This document shows positions 10,301-21,630 of a stretch of 64,000 nucleotides of DNA, piece by piece. Under the pieces are notes generated by a model. The model saw only the letters and a list, made by a program, of their open reading frames with translations. It was not told the origin of the DNA and did not search any database. The stretch is from Torpedo marmorata (Eukaryota), in contig OZ360220.1 of assembly GCA_977017645.1 (NCBI GenBank), positions 212,412,001 to 212,476,000 of the forward strand, in the 5' to 3' direction. A program made the translations under genes and the position numbers. Position 1 is the stretch's first letter. Every line of letters starts with the position of its first letter.

Positions 10301-13179
10301 TCTCCAACGTATTTATAGGACACTTTACTATAAGATTTGAAGCTCTAAATCCATCTCTGGCTGTTATTCATGGCAGATAGATATGGATTACAAACTGCCC
10401 CTAACTCGAGGCATCTCCAAGATGTCCACCATTTTATTTTAAATAGCAGTCCAAAGCACAGAGAGATTATTGTATCTTCTTTCCTTCAATTTTCTGTTCC
10501 AAACAATAATTCTTTCATTGACTAACATATAGTGACTTCAATCCAACAAATAGTCACTTGGAGTCTAGGTGAGATACTTGTTCTTGACGCGTTTCTATTA
10601 ATTTACTAACAAAGTCCAATATGTTCAAAATGTTTATTAACACATGATGACTTGTAGCAATTTTAAATAACTTAAATATCTTCTTTAACGAAATATAAAC
10701 AATTCTTAATAACGATGCTTAATAACGATTCTTCAAAACGCCTATAAACTTCCTTTAAACGATTCCTTTAAAACTCATTTAAACATCCTTTAAATGTACT
10801 TTAAAACATTACATTAAACGTTCTTTTGACGGTCAATGAAAGATATGAGGATCTCACTCACCCTCCTCTAAGCCGCCATATTTTCTACTCCTTCTTCTCC
10901 GATTTGCGCATGCTCCAACCGCGCATACTCCACCGCGCATACTGCCGTCACTTCCCAACTGCGCATGTGCCCGTCGGCACACTAGCACATACGCAGAGTA
11001 CGCAATAGGCCCAGCACGGCCTACTAATCTCCGTGTCTCCTCCGAACCCCGCTGAGACCATCGGAAAGCCGCGATTAAGGTAAGTATCCAAGCCTACGGC
11101 TCTTACAGAAGACAATAGCAATATACCTGATAGTCAGAGGTCTCAGGGAATAGAATTAAGTACAGTCAGGATTACTAGAGAGATAGTCTTAGTAAGCTGA
11201 ATGGACTAAAGATAGATAAGTCTCCTGGACCGGATGAGGTGCACCCACGGGTTCTGAAGGAGGTGGCTTTGGAGATTGTGGAGGCATTGGAAATGATTTT
11301 CCTGAAATCAATAGACTGGTTCCGGAGGATTGGAAGTTTGTAAATGTAGTTCTGCTGTTTAAGAAAGGAGGGAGGCAGAAAAAAGGAAATTATAGGCCTA
11401 TTAGTCTGACGTCGGTAGTTGGAAAGTTATTGGAGTTGATCCTCAAGGACGAGGTTATGAAATACCTTGAGGTGCATGACATGATAAGTCCAAGCCAGCA
11501 TGGTTTCACGAAGGGAAGATCCTGCCTGACCAACCTATTGGAATTTTTTGAGGTAATCTCAAGTAGGATGGACAAGGGAGAGGCTGTGGATGTTGTGTAT
11601 TTGGATTTTCAAAAGGCCTTTGATAAGGTGCCGCATAAGAGGCTACTTAATAAGATGAGAGCCCATGGAATTACAGGAAAGATATTAGATTGGGTGGAGC
11701 ATTGGCTGATAGGCAGGAAGCAATGGGTGGGAATAAAGGGATCCTGTTCTGGTTGGTTGCCGGTTACTAGTGGTGTTCCGCAAGGGTCGGTGTTGGGGCC
11801 ACTTCTTGTTACAATGTATATTGATGATTTAGATTATGGATTGAATGGTTTTGTGGCTAAGTTTGTAGATGTCACCAAGATAGGTGGTGGAGTAAGAAGT
11901 GTTGAAGAAACCGAAAGGTTGCAGAGAGACTTGGACAGCTTAGGAGAGTGGGCAAAGAAATGGCAGATGAGATACAATGTTGAGAAATGTACGGTTGTAC
12001 ATTTTGGAAAGGAAATAAACAGGCAGATTATTATTTGGATAGGGAGAAAATTCAAAATTCGGAAGTGCAAAGGGACTTGGGGGTCCTCGTGCAGGATAAC
12101 CTAAAGGTTAACCACCAGGTTGGATCGGCAGTAAAGAACGCGAATGCTATGTTGGCATTCATTTCAAGAGGAATAGTGTATAAGAGTAAAGAGGTGTTGA
12201 TGAGGCTCTATGGGGCACTGGTGAGACCTCATTTGGAGTACTGTGTGCAGTTTTGGGCCCCTTATCTTAGAAGGGGTGTAATGATGTTGGAGAGAGTACA
12301 GAGAAGATTTACCAGGATGATTCGTGGAAGGCAGGGGCTAACATATGAGGAACGTTTAGCGGCTCTTGGACTGTATTCATTGGAGTATAGAAGAATAAGA
12401 GGGGATCTCATAGAAACATTTCGAATGCTGAAAGGATTGGACAGAGTAGATGTGAATAAGATGTTTCCCTTGGTGGGTGAATCTAGGACAAGAGGGCAAA
12501 GTCTTAGAATTAGAAGGTACCCATTTTAAGCCGAGATGAGGAGAAATTTCTTTAGCCAGAGGGTCGTGTATTTGTGGAATTCGTTGCCACATACAGCTGT
12601 GGAGGCCCGATCATTGGGGGATTTTAAGGAGGAGATTGATAGGTATCTAATTAGTCAGGGTATCAAGGGATATGGGGAAAAGGCCGGAATTTGGAATTAG
12701 ATGTGAGAATAGTTTAGCTCAAAGTGGAGTTGCGGAGCAGACTCGATGGAAGTAGTAAAAACTAAGTAGAAAAAAATGATTGTCAGTATAGCAATATAGA
12801 ATAGCATTAGCTTAAGCATACATGAAACTGCCAACTACTAATTATAAATTTCTGCACAAATTTGATTTTTTCCCCAAAAAATTTAAATTTTATCAAGATG
12901 GAAAATTGAGCTGAGCAAAAACTTATAAAAGCAGCCAAAGTGATAAGAGCACTTGATCATCTCATTCAATACTGAAGCAACACCAAGCATTTTATTTATA
13001 CATGCATAAAACGAGTTAGGAACCTCAAACTAAATGTGTTTGGTGTGATTAGTTTGATATTTTCACAATGTTACGGCCAGCAGATGGGGCAGACGGAGGG
13101 AAACTGTGGACAGTGGCAGACCTTTCAACTGTGAGTCATCAGAACTTAGTGTCCAATAAAACGTGCCACATAGGAGACA

Positions 13180-15785
13180 GTAAAAAACACAAATGCTGGA
13201 GAAACTCAGCAGGTCAAACAATGTATTTTATGTAGCAAAGGTAGAAATACATAACCGACGTTTCGGGCTTGAGCCCTTCATCAAAGTATGAGAAAATGCC
13301 GGTAGGCATCCGAACAAAAGAGTGAGGGGGGGAAGTGGGGTGGCAAAGGCAGAAGATGATAGGTGGAGAAAGGAGGGAGGGGACAGCAGCAAAGAGGGGG
13401 AGGAGGGATGGCTAGGTAGCTGGAGAAAAACAGGAAAGGCAGGTGAGGGGGAGGGGAAGGGAACGACAAGCAGGTTTAGTGGAAAGCAGAAAAGTCAATG
13501 TTAATGCCATCTGGCTGGAGAGTGCCCAGATGGAAAATGAGATGTTGTTCCTCCAATTTGCGGGTAGTCTGGGTGGGATAGTACATAAGGCCATGGACAG
13601 ACATTTGAGTGTGGGAGTATGACCCGGAATTCAAATGGTTGGCTACTGGGAGGTCGCTATTGTTGCAGAAGGAGAGGAGGTGCTCAGCAAAGCGATCTCC
13701 CAATCTACGACCGGTCTCTCCAATGTAGAGAAAGCCACAAAGGGAGCACCGGATGCAGTAAATAAGTTCTCTGGATGTACAAGTGAAGTGTAGTTTCACT
13801 TGGAAGGCCTGTTTGGGGCCCTGGACCGTGGTGAGGGGGGAGGTGTGGGCGCAGGTGTTGCACCTCCTGCGGGCACAGGGGAAGGTGCCGGGGGTGCGAT
13901 GGGTGGGGACGGATGAGTGCACGAGTGAATCGCGGAGGGAGCGGTCCCTACGGAAGGTCGAGAGGGGAGGAGAAGGAAAAATGTGTCTGGTGGTGGGATC
14001 CTGTAGTAAGTGCCGGAAATTCTGGCGGATAATGTGTTGGATGCGAAGGCTGGTGGGGTGGTAGGTGAGGATGAGGGGGATTCTATGTTTGTTGCGTCTG
14101 GGGGCAGAGGGGGCCAGGGCAGATGAGCGGGAAATGGAGGAGATGCGGGTGAGGGCTGAGTTGATGGTGGTGGAGGGGAAGCCACGTTTGTGGAAAAAGG
14201 CAGGCATTTCAGAAGATCTGGACTGGAACAACTCATCTTGGGAACAGATGCGGCGGAGGCGGAGAAATTGAGAGAAGGGGATGGAGTCCTTGCAGGGGAC
14301 AGGGTGTGAGGATGTGTAGTCCAGATAGTTGTGGGAGTTGGAGGGTTTGTAGTAAATGTCAGTGGAAAGCTTGTCTCCCGAGATGGAGACAGAGAGATCC
14401 AGGAAGGGGAGAGTGTTATCGGAGATGGACCAGGTGAGTTTGAGATCGTGGTGGAAGTTGGATGCGAAGTGGATGAAGTTGACAAGCTCATCGCGGGTGC
14501 ATGAGGCAGCCCCGATGTAGTCGTTGATATAACGGAGGAAGAGATGAGGGGTCTTGCCTGTGTAGGCTTGCAGCATGGATTGCTCCACAAAGCCCACAAA
14601 CAGGCAGGTGTAGCTGGGACCCATGCGGGTACCCATGGCTACTCCTTTGATTTGGAAGAAGTGGGATGAGTTGAAGGAGAAGTTATTGAGAGTGAGGACA
14701 AGTTCTGCCAGGCGGAGGAGGGTGGTGGTAGAGGGTGACTGGTCGCGTCTTTGGTCCAGGAAGAAGCGAAGTGCTTTCAGACCTTCTGTGTGGAGGATAG
14801 AGGTATAAAGGGATTGGACATCCATGGTGAAGATGATGCGGTCCAGTTCAGGGAATCTGAAGTCATTGAGGAGATGGAGGGCATGTGAGGTGTCGCGGAT
14901 GTAGGTGGGGAGGGATTGGAGCAGGGGAGAAAAGATGGAGTCAAGGTAAGATGAAACTAGTTCGGTGGGGCAGGAGCAGGCAGAAACAATGGGTCTGCCC
15001 GGATGGTTGGGTTTGTGTATCTTGGGTAGAAGGTAGAAACGGGCAGTGCGGGGGTGGGGGAGAATGAGGTTGGTGGCCGTGGAGGGGAGGTGACCGTAGG
15101 TGTTGAGGTCGGAGATGGTGCTGGAGACAGTGGCTTGATGTGCTGTGGTGGGGTCCTGTGGGAGGGGTCGGTAGGAGGAGGTGTCTGAGAGTTGTCGACT
15201 GGCCTCGGCAAGGTAGAGGTCAGTGCGCCAGACCACAACCGCACCGCCCTTGTCTGCGGGTTTGATGGTGAGGTTGGGATTGTTGCGGAGAGAGTGGAGG
15301 GCAGAGCGTTCTGAGGAGGTGAGGTTGGAATACGAGAGGGGGGTGGTGAATTTGAGACGGTTGATGTCTTGGCGGCAGTTGGAAATAAAAAGGTCCAGAG
15401 CAGGCAGCTGGCCAGGGCGAGGTGTCCAGGAAGAGTAAGAAGGCTTGAGGCGGGAGAAAGGGTCTTGGGTGGAGGGTGGAGAGTCACGGTCATGGAAGTG
15501 AGCACGGAGGCGGAGGCGACGGAAGAAGAGTTCGGCATCATGGCGTGCGCAGAACTCGTTGAGGTGTTGGCAGAGGGGGACGAAGGTGAGGCCTCTACTG
15601 AGGACGGAGCGCTCTGTCTCAGAGAGGGGAAGGTCGGAGGGGATAGTAAAAACCAAGCAGGGGTTAGAGTGGGGATCGGTGTTGTGGAGGGTGTTGGGGG
15701 GAGGGGGAGGGTTGGGGAGGTGGAGGGTGGGGGAGGTTGGAGGGAGGGGGAGGGGGGGTCGGAGGGGGGAGGTGGGGGGTAGGGG
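13180..15785 (-). mobile_element. 5'-truncated Penelope-like retroelement (RT + GIY-YIG endonuclease)
   Basis: Uninterrupted frame of about 770 aa: IKPADKG, FYLLPKIHK, GVAMGT, RYIND (YIDD mutated), IYCIRC..LYIGETGR. TSD AGGAGACA (13172-13179, 15786-15793). Confidence 0.92.
13247..13289 (-). ncRNA. Minimal type-I hammerhead-ribozyme-like motif in the Penelope terminal repeat
   Basis: ATACT-TTGATGA-A-GGGC tcaa GCCC-GAAAC gtcg GTTA-TGTAT. Penelope-like elements are known to carry minimal hammerheads. The core here is UUGAUGA rather than CUGAUGA. Confidence 0.6.
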
Positions 15786-15889
15786 AGGAGACAATTTGGC
15801 CCATTCTTTCTCTGCCGATCAAAAAAGTGCATTCCAATCCATTTCCACTTTGCAGAATTGGGTCCAAAACCCTGCAGCTCATGAATAGT

Positions 15890-16105
15890 AACGGTTAGTG
15901 CAACACCTTTACAACGCCAGTGATTGGTTCGAATTCCGCGCTGTCTGTAAGGAGTTTGTATGTTCTCCCTGTGTCTGCGTGGGTTTTCCCAGGGGGCTCT
16001 GGTTTCCTCCCACCATTCAAAAACGTACCGGGGGTGTAGGTCAATCGCATATAATTGGGGCGGCACGGGCTCATGGGCCAAAATGCTGTATGTCTAAATT
16101 TTTTA
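15890..16105 (+). mobile_element. tRNA-derived V-SINE/HE1-like SINE
   Basis: B-box GGTTCGAATTCC, V-domain-like core GGAGTTTGTATGTTCTCCCTGTGTCTGCGTGGGTTT..GGTTTCCTCCCAC, CR1-like tail. Related copies occur elsewhere in the window. Confidence 0.75.
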
Positions 16106-17737
16106 AATTAAAAAAATTAAATTTAAATGTGATGAGGCTTTCTCCCTTTAGCATCCTTTATTATCGCTGTTCCAGACCCATCACCTTCCATTGTTGACCC
16201 CCTGCTACAGGAAATAGGTCTTTCCTATTTATTCTATCGAGGCCCCTTATAATTTTACACACCTCAACTAAGACTCACTCAACGTCCCCTGGAATAATGC
16301 TAGGTTATCCAATATTTCTGCATCTCGACAGTTTTCCATGAACATGCGTAAATGAAGTGAGGAAACACCATTGAACACAGTGTGTGTTTGACGTATGGGA
16401 CTCTTCAGTAGAGACATTTGATGCTAGATTAGATATCTGAGAATTTTTTTTAATATAAAATCAAAGATATGAAGATATGTGGAAAAGGCAGGTGAATGAA
16501 ATTGGTCATAGATCAGTTCTGGTCCCAATGTATGGTAGAAATGAATTGAAGATCTGAATGCCACATTTTGTCCTTATATTCTCATTCTCACAAATAACAA
16601 AAGATCTGTTAATGAAGGAATGCATTTTGGCAATAATACTACTATTCATACTAGGACTGAAGTATGTATGATCACTGTCCTAAACCAGTTGTATGTGTTT
16701 TGCAAAACCAGCAAATGTTGTCAACACAAACATCCATAAGCATGGTATCAGTGCCAGTCAATGAAAGAAGCATGATCCTGCCAAAACATAGAAAGGTTCG
16801 CCCGTCAAGGATGAAGAAAACAAATTATGAAGTACATTGCAGTTAGTGCGAGCATAAGTACTCACTCCACAGGTATCTGATCACTATTAAAAGAGCATAA
16901 AACAATTGTAAATTCCTCAATAGATAGAAATACATTTCACTTTTTTTGTATGATTGAAAGCCATCACTTTTACACAATCAATTTAGCTGTTTTTGAGTTC
17001 TTAAATAGATGGGCTAGAGACACTGGACAGTAAGAATCCGTACAGTTCAAATTACACAGTCTATAACATTTTAATACAATTCAAGTTCCGTTTGATATTG
17101 CAACAATTCTAAAAAACAGTCCATTCAGTTTCCCAAAGATTACTTTCGCAACATCATGATTAGAACTTTGCAATGATTGCATCGCATCCCAAGTTCAAAA
17201 GTTAGTGTTCTGTTTATGTAACCACATTTTATCAGATATTTGAAAATCACTACTTTGAAATTATCCATTATAGTATATTCATGGCTACAATCGTTATTTG
17301 AGTCTGCCAATCTCGAGTGCTAATTAACCCGGCACAGATTTCTGCTCATGTTGCAGATAAGTGTAAAGTAAGATCTTCTGAAATAGAAATCAGGGCTACC
17401 ACCTGGACTTAATGTAAGTCATTGGATCTTGGTTGCTTTATAATTGTTCCAGCAGGGAGTTGTCAAGAAGAACCCCTTTCAAATATTCATAACAGTGGTT
17501 GCCACAGTGGTCCTGGGGGAAGTGGCACACTCCGGAAAATGCTATGCAAACTGTTGCAGTGATGTGTGTTTGCAACCTAATAGAGCAAATGTTATACTAG
17601 GACAGGCATCACCTCCTCCTTGCTGACCATCAGCACTGGGACAGCCCAAGGCTGTGTGGTTAGTCCCCTGCTCTATTCACTGTATAGTCATGACTGCATA
17701 GCCCAGGGATGGCCAACCGATGGCGCATGCACCAAAA

Positions 17738-18120
17738 GTGGCGCATTGGATGATTAGAAGTGGCGCATTGGATGATTAGAAGTGGCGCATTGCACCCCAG
17801 TGATAATAATAAAAAAGTAAGCCTACTCATGCAAAATGTATTCACGGTTAATACTTTTTACACTACAGTATCCCATATATAGTATATGGGATACCGTAGT
17901 GTACCTGTAAACTTTTTACTTGTAAGTAGGGATCAGTGTGGGGACCGACACGGGGCTGTGAGCAGAGAGCGGGGCAGTGGGATCAGTGTGGGGACGATCA
18001 CAGGGCTGTGGGGAGAGAGCGGGGCAGTGGGATCAGTGTGGGGATTGATACAGGGCTGTAGGGAGAGTGCGGGGGCAGTGGGATTAGTTGGGACTGATAC
18101 AGGGCTGTGGGGAGAGTCGG
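17738..18120. repeat. hAT subterminal tandem repeats: 22-bp unit (17738-17792) and about 50-bp minisatellite (17929-18120, about 4 copies)
   Basis: GTGGCGCATTGGATGATTAGAA starts at 17738, 17760 and 17782 (third partial). GGGATCAGTGTGGGGA... starts at 17929, 17979, 18029 and about 18080. Confidence 0.85.
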
Positions 18121-21011
18121 ATCAGTTTGGGTATACAGTATACAATTTCCTTTTAAAAAAATAAAAATTTTATTTAAAATTTTAAATCACTCGATAATAC
18201 ATGTTTATAAAATGCAAAATTATCAAAATACATGTGATATATTTTCACCCCCCCTCCCTCCCTTCCCACCCTTACTATTCTAATAATATAAAAAGAAAGA
18301 AAGAAAGAAAAAGATAGAGTATGGAGAATGTCATTCTGAAAAGAACAACTATAAGCTGATTTTATTGTGGAACACAGGTTCGCTAGTCAGATCTGATATC
18401 CAGAGATCTTCAAATCCTTAAACCCACAGTTTTTAAATATAGGCTCCATATTTTCAAAAATAAATGATATTTGTTACGTAAATTATAAGTAATTTTTTCA
18501 AGTGGTATAGCTGAACGAAGTTCTGCATGCCATCTTTCTAACCCTAAATCTACATCAGATTTCCATGTAATAGCAATACATTTCTTTGAAACAGCTAAAG
18601 CGATTCGCAAAAATTCTATTTGATACATATTTAATCTCATTTTAATACTAATTCTTTTAATATCTCCAAACAAAAATATCATAGGATCCATTGGGAGTAT
18701 AATTCTTAATACTTTGTCTAAAAACTTTTTAACTTTCAACCAGAAATCATATATCTTTTGACAAACCCAAGTAGAGTGTACAAAATAACCTTCCTCTCTA
18801 TTGCATCTGAAACACAAACCTGATAATGTCGAATTAAATTTCTTTAATTTCTTAGGTGTTAAATATAACTGATGCAATAAGTTATATTGCACTAACCTAT
18901 ATCTAACATTAATAATCTTCGTCATACTTAGTTTACATATTTCTTTCCAATGTTCTTCATCTATTGTTACATTCAAATCTGATTCCCATTTTAATCTTGA
19001 TTTATGAATTCCTAATTTAGGCATTTTTCTCTGTAACAATCTATACATTTGAGAAATAAATTTATTTATACTCCCATTAGTAACTAATAGTTCAAATTCA
19101 CTTTGTCTTGGTAAAGTTAAACTATAACCCAACCTTTCAACTAAAAATGCTCTAATTTGATAATAAGCAAAAAGTGTATTATATAATACATTAAACTTCT
19201 CTTTCATTCTTTGAAAAGTAATAAATTTACTAGCTTCAAAACAATCATTTATTTTTTAAATTCCTTTTTGGAACCAAATCTTAAATAATTGATTGTCAAT
19301 AGTAAATGGAATAAATTTATTTTGATAAAAGGCATTTTTCGAGAAATTAACACATTACCTCCTATCTCCCTATCCATTTTATTCCATATTTCTAACAGAT
19401 GTTTTAAAATAGGAGAATTATTACCTCCCCTTAATAATAATTTAGAATTCCATTTATAAATAACTTCTTCTTTCACATCCTCTCCTATATTATTTAATTC
19501 TATTCTAATCCAAGCAGAAGATTTTCTTAAATCAAACATTTCATTAATACATTTTAATTGAGCTGCTTTATAATAATTTTGAAAATTGGGAACTTGTAAA
19601 CCTCCCATTTCGTAATCCCAACTTAATTTCTCCATACCTATTCTGGCGAACTTTCCCTTCCACAAAATTTCCTAATAACTAAATTTAAATCCTTAAAGAA
19701 TTTTTGAGGAATTTCATAAGGAATTGAATGAAAAAGATATTGAATTCTTAGAAAAACATTCATTTTAATACAATTTACCCTTCCTTAAAGTTATAGGTAA
19801 ATCCTTCCAACTTTCTAAATCTTTTTTAATATTCATAAATAATGGTAAATAATTTAATTTTTATAAATTAGCTAATCTGTGGTTATAGATGTTGCAGGAA
19901 GATATGTTTTAAGAAATTGTCAATATATTCAGAAGTGTGGACACTTATGAACATATATGTGTCAAATACGGAAGATGAACAATTTATTCAAGACTCGTTT
20001 ATGCACTTGTCAGATGCAAATGATAATATTCTAATTGGTGGGGATTTCAATTTTTGTTTAGATCCAATAATGGATAAAACATCGAAATCAATTATTAGAA
20101 CTAAAACTGCTAAAAGAATTCTTACTTTGATGAAAGATTTGAATTTAATAGATATTTGGAGGAAGCTGAATCCAAAAGAAAAAGACTATTCCTTTTATTC
20201 TTTTAGACATGTTTCTTATTCTAGAATAGATATGTTTTTATTGTCATCACAATTAGAAGACAGGGTGAGTCAAGCGCAATATAAAGCAAGAATAATTTCT
20301 GACCACTCGCCTCTATTAATGTCATGTATAATTCCAGAAAAACAAAAAAATTATATATAGATGGAGATTTAATTCTTCTTTATTGAAAAGAATGGATTTT
20401 TGTAATTATATAAGAAAAGAAATTCAAGAATTTTTACAGATTAATTCTAATTCGATTAACAATACATTTTTTATTTAGGAAGCTTTAAAGGCTTATTTAA
20501 GAGGTCAAATAATAAGTTATTCAGCAAAAGTTAAGAAGGAATATATTCAGGAATTGGATAATCTGGAGAGGGAGATTGAGTTTTTGGAGAAGGATTTGCA
20601 AAAAAAGGGAACAGAAGAAAAGAGAAAAAATTTAACTGAAAAAAATTACATTATAATACGTTACAAACATATAAAATGGAAAAATTAATTGAAAGAACTA
20701 AGCAAAGATATTACGAACTGGGAAAAAGAGTTCAATTAAAGAAAGAATAAACTTTATAAAAAAGAATTCAAAGAAAACAACATAAACCTCGAGAAATAAA
20801 TGATTCATTTAAGAAATTTTATTTAAATTTATATAAATCTCAAACTGATAAAGATGATTCTAAAATTAATGAAATTTTATCTAAAATTAAGTTATCAAGA
20901 TTAAATATTCAAAGTAAAAAACTTATAGATACATCGTTTATGACGAGAGAAATTAACGATGTTCTTAGTTATTAGGGGAGGATGGTTTCCCATCAGAATT
21001 TATAAGGAATT

Positions 21012-21592
21012 AACATATCAACTGAAATTTGTAAAAATTGCTTTAGCAGTAGCAAGGAAGTGTATAGCAGTAACTTGGAAATCAGATACAAATTTAGGCA
21101 TGGATAGATGGAATATAGAGATGCGGAGTTGTATTCCATTGGAAAATATAACATATAATATGAGAAATAAATATGGGATATTTTTGCAAATTTGGCGTCC
21201 ATATATCCAATCATTAGGTATGAATATTTAAATGTGTTGCTCTCCATCCTAGACCCTGTTGACTCTCTCAAATTTAAAGAACAAAAATATTGTTGAATAC
21301 CATGCGTCGAGCTGTGGACCCAACAGCGATCCGTACAGATGTTTTTAATAAGTAATACTAACGCCTTCTTTTCTGTTTATTTTTTTATTTTTTAGTAAGG
21401 GGAGGGAATTTAAGGGAGGGGAAGGGTGGAGGGTGGGGTAGAAACATTATAGGGGGTGGGTTAAGGGAAGGGTTAGATACACTGTAATACAAATTATGTT
21501 TTTTATCTACTGGAGTTAATGATGTATACTACATATGTTGTACTACTGTGTGAAAATTCAAAATTTTAAATAAAATATTTTAAAAAAAGAAA
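21012..21592 (+). mobile_element. Short 5'-truncated L1 3' end nested in the inverted L1 arm
   Basis: KIALAVARKCIAVTWK...SCIPLE, G-rich 3' UTR, AATAAA, polyA. TSD approximately AGAATTT(T)ATAAGGAATT on both sides. Confidence 0.75.
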
Positions 21593-21630
21593 AGAATTTT
21601 ATAAGGAATTTAAGGATTTATTGATACCTC

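Larger units (their letters stand above)
5016..11107 (-). mobile_element. Non-autonomous BEL/Pao LTR retrotransposon (SAP-Gag-zinc knuckles-protease, then captured coiled-coil sequence; no RT/RH/IN)
   Basis: 5-bp TSD GAAGA (5011-5015, 11108-11112). 5' LTR 10528-11107; internally deleted 3' LTR 5016-5272 preceded by AGGGGCCAG. Gag motifs FDGDPLQY and CLFC..H..C/CFSC..H; protease YAFLDPGS, LIGSDVP, TKLGWTING. Confidence 0.9.
2355..12750 (+). mobile_element. Near full-length, degraded CR1 LINE (ORF1 Zn-finger/leucine zipper/SGNH esterase; ORF2 APE endonuclease + RT), interrupted by a 5S SINE and a BEL/Pao element
   Basis: ORF1 2474-3413 (CxxC..CxxC, GDSLV, HLGTND, DGLHLN). APE 3590-4217 (YLNARSI, IYRPP, MGDFN, SDH). 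RT resumes at 11108 (YLDFQKAFDKV, GVPQGSVLGP, FVDVTK, degenerate). 3' UTR runs to about 12750. Confidence 0.9.

Noticed and set aside
5016-11107. DIRS/Ngaro element with split direct repeats
   Set aside because: The partial repeat is a 3' LTR with an internal deletion. The 5-bp TSD, PPT and BEL-type Gag/protease fit BEL/Pao, and no tyrosine recombinase is visible.
13476-15794. Active autonomous Penelope ORF
   Set aside because: The listed start lies in flanking/TSD sequence, the element is 5'-truncated, and the RT motif is YIND rather than YIDD.
13796-16081. Long Pro/Ser/Thr-rich ORFs (267 aa and 374 aa) as novel proteins
   Set aside because: Alternative frames of the C-rich Penelope coding strand; the composition explains the lack of stops.
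17738-18120. CRISPR-like array
   Set aside because: Head-to-tail tandem repeats with no unique spacers, in eukaryotic DNA, inside a hAT subterminal region.
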